A DNA stretch of 64,000 nucleotides, from positions 1 through 64,000 of the forward strand of contig JAVHQC010000010.1 of assembly GCA_036170915.1 (NCBI GenBank), read 5' to 3'. Below, in pieces: positions 9,393 to 18,966 of the stretch. Under the pieces are notes generated by a model. That model was not told the DNA's origin, did not search any database, and worked only from the letters and a program-made list of their open reading frames with translations. The first letter of the stretch is position 1. The number at the start of each line of letters is the position of its first letter. Made by a program: the position numbers and the translations under genes. This stretch comes from Cyanobacteria bacterium auto_48_18. Lineage in GTDB: Bacteria > Cyanobacteriota > Vampirovibrionia > Obscuribacterales > Obscuribacteraceae.

Positions 9393-10088
9393 GTGGTGCA
9401 AAGTAAAAGATTTATTCTCAAACTAGCTATGTCAATTTGTGCACTATCAATGGTGGCAGGTAATAATTTAGCCCTCGCCTGCGGGGATGATGGTTGCGAC
9501 CACAATAAAAATAAGAATATTGAGAAAGTAGAGAAAGTCAGCGTGCAAGCCGAACCGGGCACGAATGTCAGCAGTGGAGCGGGCACCACCACCTTGCAAA
9601 AACCACAAGAAGGCTTTAATCAATTTGCCGTGTTGGCAAAACTCGGTGAAGTTAAAATTGTGGTTGGCGAACTTGATGCTGCTTCAGGTGATGGCACGTT
9701 AGATAAAGACCAGCTCAAAAAAATTATGAGCACCGAACTGGCAAAGACTTCTGCCACCATTTGTGGTGAAACAGGTGATTGTTGCGCAAAAGGTAGTGGC
9801 AAGGGTTGCGACCCAGCCACCGTGCCAATTATGTATCTCAAGTTAAAAAGCGTACCCATGGTTTCTGATGCCAACCGATCGGCATTCACAATCAATCTTT
9901 CACTTGTAGAGAAAGCGAAAGTGGCTCGCAACGGCGTAGAGTTGATGGTTCCCGTATGGTCGAGAATTGTTTCAGGCACCATGGACAAAAACGACCACAG
10001 CGAAATTGACAAAAAATTGAAAATCGCTTTGACCGATTTCAGCACAGATCTGGCTCTAGCAAATGCGGCGTCCACTCCGATATTTTAA
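9393..10088 (+). CDS. secreted Cys-rich hypothetical protein
   Basis: aaggag SD before GTG; signal peptide ending ALA; Cys clusters CGDDGCDH and CGETGDCC...C. Confidence 0.7.
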   Translation: MVQSKRFILKLAMSICALSMVAGNNLALACGDDGCDHNKNKNIEKVEKVSVQAEPGTNVSSGAGTTTLQKPQEGFNQFAVLAKLGEVKIVVGELDAASGDGTLDKDQLKKIMSTELAKTSATICGETGDCCAKGSGKGCDPATVPIMYLKLKSVPMVSDANRSAFTINLSLVEKAKVARNGVELMVPVWSRIVSGTMDKNDHSEIDKKLKIALTDFSTDLALANAASTPIF

Positions 10089-10682
10089 ATGAAGCGATTT
10101 TCTCAGAGCTTCTACGTTCTGTGCGCACTGCTCGTGTCTCTACAGTCAGTTGGTGCCGAAGAAATAGTGGCTGTGACCAAACTTGCTTCAGGCCGCGAAA
10201 TGATGAAACTTTATGGCGTCAAAAAGCTATGCGTTGGTGTTCACCCGCTACCCGCAAAGCTTAAGTCGAAAGCCATTACTGAAGAGAGTTTGGTAGAAAT
10301 TATGAGCGAGCGTGTAAGCGCGCTCGGCGTAGATATTGATCACAAAACCGCATCCCATCTGCTTTCTTTGCAATTAAACGAAGACGGCGAAAATACATAC
10401 GATTTGCTTTTAACAGTGACGTCTGTAGCTGGTCCAATTTGGTCGCTGAAGATGAAAGCAAGCATGTCTGGGCACCACCCCCAGCACATCAAAGAGTTGG
10501 TAAAAAGAGGAACTCTGATTTTCTGTCGCAATTATCAAATTGCCAATAGCAATATCAGTAAGGAGAAAGCTTATCCAGATTCGACCCTGCCAGGTAAGAA
10601 AACACAATTTAAGAATCAGCTTCGCACCGACGGGATACCGCTTAAAGATACTCAGTTCAAAACGATTAAACGCTACAGGTAG
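10089..10682 (+). CDS. secreted hypothetical protein, probable paralog of the upstream gene
   Basis: Signal peptide ending VGA; start abuts the upstream stop; shared pattern ending in P[VI]WS. Confidence 0.7.
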   Translation: MKRFSQSFYVLCALLVSLQSVGAEEIVAVTKLASGREMMKLYGVKKLCVGVHPLPAKLKSKAITEESLVEIMSERVSALGVDIDHKTASHLLSLQLNEDGENTYDLLLTVTSVAGPIWSLKMKASMSGHHPQHIKELVKRGTLIFCRNYQIANSNISKEKAYPDSTLPGKKTQFKNQLRTDGIPLKDTQFKTIKRYR

Positions 10683-10783
10683 CGGCAAAGCTAAATAACC
10701 AAATTAAGGATCGAACGAAACCAAGACCATATGATCTCTGATTAGCTAGTCATGTCAAGCTACAGCAATTAAACGGGCAGAAA

Positions 10784-12259
10784 ATGAAAAACTACATTCT
10801 CAGTATTGACCAGGGCACAACCAGCTGCCGCGCCATTGTTTTCGACAAAACCGGCAAAACAATCGGCCTCGGTCAAAAAGAATTCGAGCAATTTTTCCCC
10901 AGGCCAAGCTGGGTTGAGCATGATGCCAGCGAGATTCTGGCCACTCAAATTGAATGCATTAAAACCGCAGTGAAAAACGCCGGTATTCAAGGCGATGAAA
11001 TAGCTTGCGTAGCGATTACCAATCAGCGCGAAACTACTGTTGTCTGGGATAAAGAAACCGGTAAACCAATTCATCATGCCATTGTCTGGCAGTGCCGGCG
11101 CACGCAAGATTTAGCAGATAAATTACGCAAAGACACTGAGCTATTTCGCCAAAAAACCGGCTTGATTCCCGATGCTTATTTTTCCGGGCCGAAGGTCGCC
11201 TGGATCTTAGACAATGTTCCAGGCGCGCGTGACAAGGCTAATGCCGGCAAGCTGTGCTTTGGTACCATCGACAGTTGGTTAATCTGGAATTTAACGGAAG
11301 AAAAATTGCACGCCACTGAAGGCAGTAACGCTTCGCGCACCATGCTCTTCAATATTAATACGATGACCTGGGATGACGAGCTGCTAAAACTTGTAGATGT
11401 GCCCTTGCAAGTGCTGCCGAAAGTGCAACCGTCTGACTCTAAGTTTGGTACCACAAGAGCTGATCTATTAGGATTTTCTGCCCCAATTCTAGCGGTGCTG
11501 GGTGATCAGCAAGCCGCTTTATTTGGCCAGGCGTGCCTTGAAGAAGGCATGGCCAAATGCACATACGGTACAGGCGGCTTCCTGCTTGCCAATATTGGCC
11601 ACAAGCCGAGGTTGGCATCAGGCTTACTGACTACGGTGGGCTGGCAACAAGAAGGAAAAGATCCGATTTATGCTTTTGAAGGGGCAATTTTCGTTGCCGG
11701 TGCCGCCATTCAATGGCTGCGAGATGGCCTGGGTATCATCGAATCGAGCAGCGACACAGAAGAGCTGGCATTGTCGCTCGACTCAAATGAAGGCGTCTAT
11801 TTTGTACCCGCGCTCGTAGGTTTAGGCTCTCCCTGGTGGAATTCAGACGTGCGCGGCACCATGGTCGGCCTAACCAGAGGCACAGGGCGAGCTCACCTTG
11901 TGCGGGCGGCACTGGAGGCCATGGCTTACCAAATTGGTGACGTTGTGGAGGACATGAAGAAAAACGGCATTACGATTAAAGAGTTGCGTGTAGACGGTGG
12001 TGCTACGCAAAACAAATTCATGGTGCAATTCCAGGCTGATATTGCCGGAGTACCTGTTTTGCGAGCATCGCAATCTGAATCGACTGCCTGGGGAGTGGCG
12101 GCTATGGCGGCGCTAAAACTTGGCTTGATCAAAAGCAAAAAAGATTTTTCCAGTGGCTGGCAGAGCGATTCAAAATTTATGCCATCGGCCGATCGACGAA
12201 AAGATTATGCAGGCTGGCAGGCCGCTCTGCGAGGCGCTTTCGCTTGCGCCGCCAAGTAA
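10784..12259 (+). CDS. glpK: glycerol kinase
   Basis: YILSIDQGTTSCR, ITNQRETT, AIVWQCRRT, DAYFSGPK, GDQQAALFGQ, KCTYGTG, LRVDGGA. Confidence 0.96.
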   Translation: MKNYILSIDQGTTSCRAIVFDKTGKTIGLGQKEFEQFFPRPSWVEHDASEILATQIECIKTAVKNAGIQGDEIACVAITNQRETTVVWDKETGKPIHHAIVWQCRRTQDLADKLRKDTELFRQKTGLIPDAYFSGPKVAWILDNVPGARDKANAGKLCFGTIDSWLIWNLTEEKLHATEGSNASRTMLFNINTMTWDDELLKLVDVPLQVLPKVQPSDSKFGTTRADLLGFSAPILAVLGDQQAALFGQACLEEGMAKCTYGTGGFLLANIGHKPRLASGLLTTVGWQQEGKDPIYAFEGAIFVAGAAIQWLRDGLGIIESSSDTEELALSLDSNEGVYFVPALVGLGSPWWNSDVRGTMVGLTRGTGRAHLVRAALEAMAYQIGDVVEDMKKNGITIKELRVDGGATQNKFMVQFQADIAGVPVLRASQSESTAWGVAAMAALKLGLIKSKKDFSSGWQSDSKFMPSADRRKDYAGWQAALRGAFACAAK

Positions 12260-12266
12260 ATAGCAA

Positions 12267-15212
12267 TTAAACCCGGCCATCAAGCACACTAAGCTGGTCT
12301 AGAATTTCTTGCACGCTACGAACAAATTCTTGTGGTGAAACGCGACCTTTATTTAGATATTTAGTTAAGCCCAAAGTGAGCTTTCTTCGGTCTTTATCGT
12401 CTAACTCCTGACCAGAATACACCAGCAGTGGTACCAGCGCAAAAGGGCCTTTTTGCAAAGCACTGATTACCTCAAAACCACTTAGCTTGGGCAAACCCAC
12501 GTCTAAGATAATCAAATCAGGCTGAAAACTCTCGGTCAGTGTCAGCGCTTCTGCACCATCATGCGCTTCCATACAAATAGCCCCGATCGATCGTAACTGC
12601 GCCGCAATTACACTGCGGGACTCTACGTCATCTTCAACAAGCAGCACTCGACGAGAGGTCGATTTAACGATCGCTTTCTCGATGGTAGCCAGTAATTGAT
12701 TTATCTCGAGTGGTTTAAAGAAGCAATCAAGCAGCACGGGATAAGACAAAGAGAGTTGGTCTAGATTCTGACCGGTAGTAACAATCACCGGTACATTAGC
12801 GTCGGGATGTTTATCTTTCAAAAATTGCAGAATCTCCAACCCGGTGCCGTCTGGTAAACGTAAATCGAGCAATATTAAACTGGGCACGTGGTTGGTAATT
12901 GATTCAATTGCTTCTTGAATACCGGTGGCGTGAATTGTTTGATAGCCGGCCTTACGTAAAACCAAACGCATAAATTGAGCCAAATTATCGTCGTCCTCGA
13001 CTAATAAAATGGTGGACGATCCGGCATGAGGGTTAGCAATTATGCGTTTAGCAACATCTACAGTCGGAAGATCGAACCAGAACGTACTGCCGGTAATCTC
13101 TGAGCTGTGAAGACCGATTAAACCTTTATGCTCTTCAACAATTGCTTTGCACAGAGCTAGACCTAGCCCTGTACCTTCTTTGGCACGAGTGTCAGAAGAA
13201 TCGACCTGCTGAAAGCGCTGGAACAATTTCGATTGCAGTGGCAACGGAATGCCCTCACCCTCGTCTGTGACACTGAAGCGCAAGCTGCCGTCTGACCTAA
13301 TAGCCAACGCTACGTTGACAGAATGATTTGGTTTACTGAACTTAATAGCATTAGAGATCAAGTTGGTCAAAACCTGAAGAATGCGGTCAACATCAACTTC
13401 TACAGTAGCACCATGATCAGTATCCTTGAGTAAATGAACATTGTTTGCTAGCGCCATGCCTTCCATCGCTGACACCGCTCGCGATACCAGACTTGTAGCG
13501 TCGATTTTCTCCAGACGCAGTTCAAGTTTCCCGGCTTCGATTTTCTTGATATCAAGAATGTCATTAATCAGACGCACCAGTCGCTCCGAGCTGCTGCGCG
13601 CCACTTTGATCATTTCAGCACATTCTTCAGAGCCCATCTCAATAATTTCGTCGTCAATCAGGCCAAGGGCACCCCGGATGGAAGTTAACGGGGTTCGAAG
13701 CTCGTGAGAAATTGTGGAATAAAACTCACTCAATCGTTTCTCAACTTCTTTACGTTGAGAAATATCGCGATAAATTGAAGAAGCACCAAAAGGAATTCCC
13801 TTTTCATCAACCATCAAAGAATAGGTCAAAGCCACATCAACACACGTGCCGTCCTTACGCATGCGCACCGTTTCAAAATCGTCAACTTTCATACCGCTGC
13901 GAACGCGATCATCAATCACACCGTCTTCCGAAGCTCTAGAGTCAGGAAGGATTATTGTAATTTTCTTGCCGATCATTTCTTCGCTGCTATAGCCAAACAA
14001 CCGCTCGGCAGCAGGGTTCCAGCTTACGACCGTGCCATCATTGTTTTTTCCGATAATAGAATCGTTAGAGTGTCTGACAATTGAGGCAAGCTGCGCGTGC
14101 ACTAGTTCTTTTTCACGTTGCTCCTGCTCTGCCAATACCCGCTCAGTAATCACTTCTGCTGTGCCCACAAATGTATTTTGATCAGAGCCATCTTCGGATC
14201 TCACTCTTGTGGCCACTACGTGTACCCAGCAGACTTTATCGCCCTTTAGTCGATATTGAACGTCAAAAATTCCGTTGCCGCCAACTGCGTTCAGCCATGA
14301 CGCTTTGACATAGTCAAAGTCAACCTCGGCAACAACATCGGCCCACCCCTCTTCTGTGGCCTGCTCAGCAGTAATATTGTAAATCTCGCAGAATCGATTG
14401 TTGACATAGACACAGTCTCCGTCCTGAGAAGTAAGAAAAATTCCTACCGGTGCAGTCTCACAAAGCGCACGGTAGCGACTTTCACTTCTGCTCAGCTCTT
14501 CAGTTCGCTGAGTAACAATCTCTTCCACACGTGCTCTGGTTTCTCGCAACTCAGCCTGCTCATTAGCCGAGTTCACCATCGAATGGATACTCTGATGGCC
14601 GGCGTTCAAGAGGAAAACATCCTCGAAAATTACCCACCAAACGTGCTCTAAAGTGCGCCACGGACTGGCGACAGCAACGCCATAGATTGACTCAGGTATG
14701 AGCATGCCTCTTAGAGCATGGTCAACCATCGTGACACCAGATGCGGTGAGCAGAACGCGCCAGTCACGATAAAAAGATAAGAAGGCAAGCGAGCCAAAGA
14801 TATGAAAGTGCGTTTCGATTCTTCCACCAGTGAGGTGAATCAAAAGTCCTGAATACAGCATTTGACAGGCTGCAATTGTATGCCTTGTTAGCGGTTCACC
14901 ACTATGCCGAAAGGCCAGGTATGCCGGAAACAAAGTAATCAATGAACCCAAAATGGTGGCGAAATAAATATGGGGATGAATGTATGAATCGCGACCGGCC
15001 CAGGCAAGCGGAGAGACTGTAGCTGCGATCAAGATCGCGGCCAAACATTGGATAATCATCAACCAGCCAAAAAGATAATCAGTGCTTCTATAGACTGCTA
15101 GCCTCTCCACTTCAAAAATACTTCTTGCCAGCTCAGAATTTAAAGGCAAAGTCTTCCAGCTGGTCAACCAACGGTCAAGAGATGAAGGAACCGGCTCAGC
15201 ATTTTCAGTCAC
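12267..15212 (-). CDS. membrane hybrid histidine kinase: multi-TM His-rich sensor, 2 PAS, HisKA/HATPase, 2 REC
   Basis: TM region with HLTGGRIETHFHIFGSLAFL.FYRDWR; SHELRTPLTSI; GTGLGLALC; start probably GTG 15212 overlapping the upstream TGA. Confidence 0.88.
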   Translation of the reverse strand: MTENAEPVPSSLDRWLTSWKTLPLNSELARSIFEVERLAVYRSTDYLFGWLMIIQCLAAILIAATVSPLAWAGRDSYIHPHIYFATILGSLITLFPAYLAFRHSGEPLTRHTIAACQMLYSGLLIHLTGGRIETHFHIFGSLAFLSFYRDWRVLLTASGVTMVDHALRGMLIPESIYGVAVASPWRTLEHVWWVIFEDVFLLNAGHQSIHSMVNSANEQAELRETRARVEEIVTQRTEELSRSESRYRALCETAPVGIFLTSQDGDCVYVNNRFCEIYNITAEQATEEGWADVVAEVDFDYVKASWLNAVGGNGIFDVQYRLKGDKVCWVHVVATRVRSEDGSDQNTFVGTAEVITERVLAEQEQREKELVHAQLASIVRHSNDSIIGKNNDGTVVSWNPAAERLFGYSSEEMIGKKITIILPDSRASEDGVIDDRVRSGMKVDDFETVRMRKDGTCVDVALTYSLMVDEKGIPFGASSIYRDISQRKEVEKRLSEFYSTISHELRTPLTSIRGALGLIDDEIIEMGSEECAEMIKVARSSSERLVRLINDILDIKKIEAGKLELRLEKIDATSLVSRAVSAMEGMALANNVHLLKDTDHGATVEVDVDRILQVLTNLISNAIKFSKPNHSVNVALAIRSDGSLRFSVTDEGEGIPLPLQSKLFQRFQQVDSSDTRAKEGTGLGLALCKAIVEEHKGLIGLHSSEITGSTFWFDLPTVDVAKRIIANPHAGSSTILLVEDDDNLAQFMRLVLRKAGYQTIHATGIQEAIESITNHVPSLILLDLRLPDGTGLEILQFLKDKHPDANVPVIVTTGQNLDQLSLSYPVLLDCFFKPLEINQLLATIEKAIVKSTSRRVLLVEDDVESRSVIAAQLRSIGAICMEAHDGAEALTLTESFQPDLIILDVGLPKLSGFEVISALQKGPFALVPLLVYSGQELDDKDRRKLTLGLTKYLNKGRVSPQEFVRSVQEILDQLSVLDGRV

Positions 15213-15814
15213 TGACTCGACTCCATTGAACATCCAAATACCGGTGCAGTTTTTAATGCAGTTTGCTGTCCATTGATGTGACTGCTCAACGCGTCTCCAC
15301 CACTACTTTCGCCTTCGTGACCGCGTTCAGCGGTAATGCCACCACTGAATAATTTCTCGCCCTGTTGGTTGAACAATAAAATTTGACCTGAGGCCTGCGC
15401 GCCAAACTGACGCGACTGCTCATCGTTATCATCGATTACAACCTGTACACCCTTCATAGCTTCAAGTGCCGATACCAGACTGCTTCTAACAAATGAAGCG
15501 TCTGTGCCGGCTGGTTTAGAGATTACGGCATAAACCTTTAGGTTAGTACGTGTCTTGAAAATATTTTGACGAGTCAAAACTCTACTTAGCTCGGCAACTG
15601 TAGCCCTGGAGCAAGGACATTGCGGATGAAAAAATGCAATTAGCGTTTGGCCATTTTTGTTTAACTCGAGTGTCTGTGATTCTGACTGTGGAAAATGCGA
15701 CGGACCTGAAGTGGTTACAGCCGGTTTAGACGAGTAATTGAGAAGGCAACCGTAACCTAGGCTTACCGCTGCTATCCAGATTGCGAAGACTGACTTGTTC
15801 AATTTACTCTTCAT
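15209..15814 (-). CDS. RedB-like membrane-anchored thioredoxin-fold protein
   Basis: N-terminal TM, FFHPQCPCSRAT, FSGGIT.ERGHEG, C-terminal PVFGC. Confidence 0.75.
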   Translation of the reverse strand: MKSKLNKSVFAIWIAAVSLGYGCLLNYSSKPAVTTSGPSHFPQSESQTLELNKNGQTLIAFFHPQCPCSRATVAELSRVLTRQNIFKTRTNLKVYAVISKPAGTDASFVRSSLVSALEAMKGVQVVIDDNDEQSRQFGAQASGQILLFNQQGEKLFSGGITAERGHEGESSGGDALSSHINGQQTALKTAPVFGCSMESSQ

Positions 15815-16206
15815 GCGTTTTTCTTTGCCGTCCAGTCATCGCAAATTTTGCGCACTTCAGTGGCCAAATCTTTCGGGCTAAAAGGCTTGCAAATTACCCC
15901 CGCTGCTCCGAGATTCATATATTCATCTACTTCGGTGGTCATTACCTTGGCGGTCATGAAAATTACCGGACAGTCAAAATCAGGAAACTGTTCTCGTACC
16001 AAATTAAGTGTAGTGGGGCCGTCCATTCCAGGCATCATTACATCGAGTATAAGCACGTCCGGATGACCGTTAGCCAGAACGGCAAGTGCTTCAGGGCCGG
16101 AGGCCGCCAGCTCAACTTGCCAGGGTCCTAATTTCACCAGACTAATCTGGGCGATTCTCCTGATACTCGCATCATCATCAACGAGCATAACTTTCTCAAT
16201 TTGCAT
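15811..16206 (-). CDS. single-domain response regulator
   Basis: VMLVDDD, LILDVMMPGMDG, PVIFMTAK, ICKPF; ATGA overlap with the next gene. Confidence 0.9.
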   Translation of the reverse strand: MQIEKVMLVDDDASIRRIAQISLVKLGPWQVELAASGPEALAVLANGHPDVLILDVMMPGMDGPTTLNLVREQFPDFDCPVIFMTAKVMTTEVDEYMNLGAAGVICKPFSPKDLATEVRKICDDWTAKKNA

Positions 16207-16297
16207 TCAACACCCTTAGTGCCCTCTTTGCTTATTCCCAGGTGCATTAGGTTGCGTCGAATCTAATTTGAAGCACATTACAATTAAAGATAGATTT

Positions 16298-17509
16298 TTA
16301 ACGGGTGGCATCAACGAGCGCTCGAGGTAAACCTTCTATTGCCACTCTGGCAAAGGGTTCTACCTTGACTATATCGAAGCGCGCACCTTCAGAAAACATG
16401 TCGTTGTCGAGCTTTGCTAAAGTACGCGCACCGTCTTGCTCATTGCCAATCTGCAAAAAATTGACAGTAATTTCGCCTTGAGATTTTATCTGTTGCGTAG
16501 CACGCACAATCGAATCAATCAAAATTCCTTTATCGCTGGGATCTCCGTCGGTGACTACCTGCACAAGCAATCTGCGGGTGGCAGCCGGATTGCTGCTGCG
16601 TCTGGCAAAATAGTCATTTAAGACGGCATCCACTGTTTTACCAGTGAAAGTGGCCCCCGACGGATTATGCTCTCCGAATATTCTCGTTACATAGTTCAGG
16701 TCGACATTGCGAAAAATCTCATAGTCAGAAGAATAGAGCGCCACAGTAATTCCGTTTCTGAAAACAGCGGAGATTTGCGACGTGAGCGAAAACATCTGAT
16801 CGCGGCACCAGTCCCAACGGCTCATACCACCCGGGCAGTCATGCTCGTCCATTGACCCCGACTTATCGAGCACTAAGACCACATCATAGGTTGACAGGAC
16901 ACTGAGTTCTTGGGCCGTCAGTGGCTTACTGAACTTGCTGACAAATGCAGGCTGAGCCAGCCCGACGGCGCCTCGAATCAAACTCTGGTTAGCAGGACTG
17001 CGCCCGTAAAATCTTCCTACCTGATTAGCTATATTTGCGCCCAACTGTAAGGCTTTGATTGCATCAAAACTGGAGGTACTTTCTAATGTTGGGCTAGATG
17101 CTGCTGTGTGAGGAGTGACTACAGGAGTGGGTGCGGGCTGTTGCACCTGGCTAAAGGCGGCCTGGTCGGCTGCTGATACCAGCGGGCTAGTGTCGATTCT
17201 CTGCGGCGCTGCCGGTACGGCAAAATTATTGTTAACCCCGGCAAAACTGTTGAGACCCGCATTGACTGATGGAGGACGACTGAGTCGAGAGGCACCAAGA
17301 GTGGTTGCACTGCTGACAGAGCCGTTTAAAGTTGGTTGTGCAGACTGAGCTTGTGTTGACAGCGGTGCAGTTAATCTATAAGACTTTCTCGTTGGCGCTA
17401 AAGGCGGATTTTCCTGACCATGGACAGGCAACAGACTGAGGGCCAACAATCCTGCCATTGAAGCGCCGACAACGACTTTACAAACTAACTTGGCTGCTGA
17501 AATTGTCAT
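16298..17509 (-). CDS. secreted vWA-domain protein
   Basis: Signal peptide, low-complexity linker, MIDAS DKSGS, VVTDGDP, FLQIG. Confidence 0.82.
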   Translation of the reverse strand: MTISAAKLVCKVVVGASMAGLLALSLLPVHGQENPPLAPTRKSYRLTAPLSTQAQSAQPTLNGSVSSATTLGASRLSRPPSVNAGLNSFAGVNNNFAVPAAPQRIDTSPLVSAADQAAFSQVQQPAPTPVVTPHTAASSPTLESTSSFDAIKALQLGANIANQVGRFYGRSPANQSLIRGAVGLAQPAFVSKFSKPLTAQELSVLSTYDVVLVLDKSGSMDEHDCPGGMSRWDWCRDQMFSLTSQISAVFRNGITVALYSSDYEIFRNVDLNYVTRIFGEHNPSGATFTGKTVDAVLNDYFARRSSNPAATRRLLVQVVTDGDPSDKGILIDSIVRATQQIKSQGEITVNFLQIGNEQDGARTLAKLDNDMFSEGARFDIVKVEPFARVAIEGLPRALVDATR

Positions 17510-17602
17510 TTTTTCTCGTTCTGTGCCTACTAGTCAAAGACGAGTCAGCCAGAGCGATGTTCCCCTGGGACGGACGCAGCGTTTAAAGTGTGACTAAGAC
17601 TA

Positions 17603-18778
17603 TTATCGCAAAAGCACTGGCTTTGCATCGACCTTAACACGAAACAGTACGTAGGGTTTTTGACGCTTGTCGATACCACCATGAAACTGCGCCTGCCTGT
17701 GTAATTGGTTAGCTATGAAATAGAGATAGCCATCAGTAGCCAGCGAAAGCGTGTCGGGCCAGAGGGCACGGGGATCGCACACCAATGTCTGATGTTTTCC
17801 AGACAACCACAAACGGTGAATGGCGTTGTGCTCATAGTCAGTGGCATAAATGCAACCGGAAGCATCGCTTTCGAGGCCATCGGAAGCACCTTTGGTGACT
17901 ACCTCGCACACGGTATCAGCCACGCCACCGTCGGAAATAACGCGATTACACAGGGCGTCGACGCTGACACTATAAAGCTTACGACTGGAGAGTGGACAGT
18001 AAAATAGCTGTTTGCCATCGGCACCAATGGCGATACCATCGCAACCGACATGGATTGATTCCCTTTCACCCTTGGCACTCTCTATAAGCAAAGGAGCGCC
18101 TTCAATTATTGGCAAGAAACCGGCTAAAGGACGCACTGAATAATGGTCATTAAGTTTGCGCCAACTTTCGCCCGAAGCCAGGTCAACGACAATAATGCCG
18201 TTAGGACCCACCGAAGACGAATCGGTGATAAATGCCATGCCTGCTTTGCCACGACTGAGATCAAAGCGTACATCGTTTAAGTAAGTGTTTTTGTGCGCAA
18301 CGTTATCTGGAATAAAAATTGTCTGCACAACTTTATTGGTCTTTAAATCGACGCAGACGAGTTTTGGCGCGCCTGCAATTACCGGCCCCATTTTCGGCGC
18401 ACCGGTATCTACAATCCATAGCCGGTCTTTAGCGTCTACCACTACGCTCTGCACTGAAAGCAAGTGATCTTTGACCGATTGCAAATCTTGCCGATTAATT
18501 TCGGCATTTGGAAAGGCCAAGGTTTTTCCACCAACAATTTCAGCCACCGTAAAGTCGACCACGTCACCCCAGCGGGGGAAATTGACAAACTTTCGACCGC
18601 TGGACGACACAGTAATGCCCGTAGGCATGGCATTTTCAAACAGAGCAACAACTTCCAAATTGCCAACTGATTTTTGCGAGGGTAAAGCCAGCTTATCTGT
18701 GGCGCAGGCCGGCGCACAACAAGTCAGGAATATTTGGAATGTTAGGACCAAAAGTCGCCAACCTGATTTCATATGCAC
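17603..18778 (-). CDS. major royal jelly/yellow-family (L-dopachrome tautomerase-related) beta-propeller protein
   Basis: PTGITVS, FVNFPRWGD, SVQSVVVD, LWIVDTG, YLNDVRFD, WPDTLS, NQLHRQ. Confidence 0.88.
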   Translation of the reverse strand: MHMKSGWRLLVLTFQIFLTCCAPACATDKLALPSQKSVGNLEVVALFENAMPTGITVSSSGRKFVNFPRWGDVVDFTVAEIVGGKTLAFPNAEINRQDLQSVKDHLLSVQSVVVDAKDRLWIVDTGAPKMGPVIAGAPKLVCVDLKTNKVVQTIFIPDNVAHKNTYLNDVRFDLSRGKAGMAFITDSSSVGPNGIIVVDLASGESWRKLNDHYSVRPLAGFLPIIEGAPLLIESAKGERESIHVGCDGIAIGADGKQLFYCPLSSRKLYSVSVDALCNRVISDGGVADTVCEVVTKGASDGLESDASGCIYATDYEHNAIHRLWLSGKHQTLVCDPRALWPDTLSLATDGYLYFIANQLHRQAQFHGGIDKRQKPYVLFRVKVDAKPVLLR

Positions 18779-18913
18779 TCCTGCGCGGGCTTTGTATTGA
18801 CCGATTTTACGAGGTTTCGAGGCTCCATGGGGAAGTCAAAAGTATCAAATAAAGTATTGGGTGGTATTTTCAGATGTTTTTCTGACTAATATTAAGTGCC
18901 TTATCAGCGCAAC

Positions 18914-18942
18914 TTGATTTCACTAGACGAGCGGTCTATTAT
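18914..18942 (+). promoter_or_regulatory. sigma70-type promoter TTGATT-17-TATTAT with TAGAC-N5-GTCTA palindrome in the spacer
   Basis: Read directly, 24 nt upstream of the oxidoreductase ATG. Confidence 0.6.
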
Positions 18943-18966
18943 TTTACTAGTTAACCCGAGGTAGTC

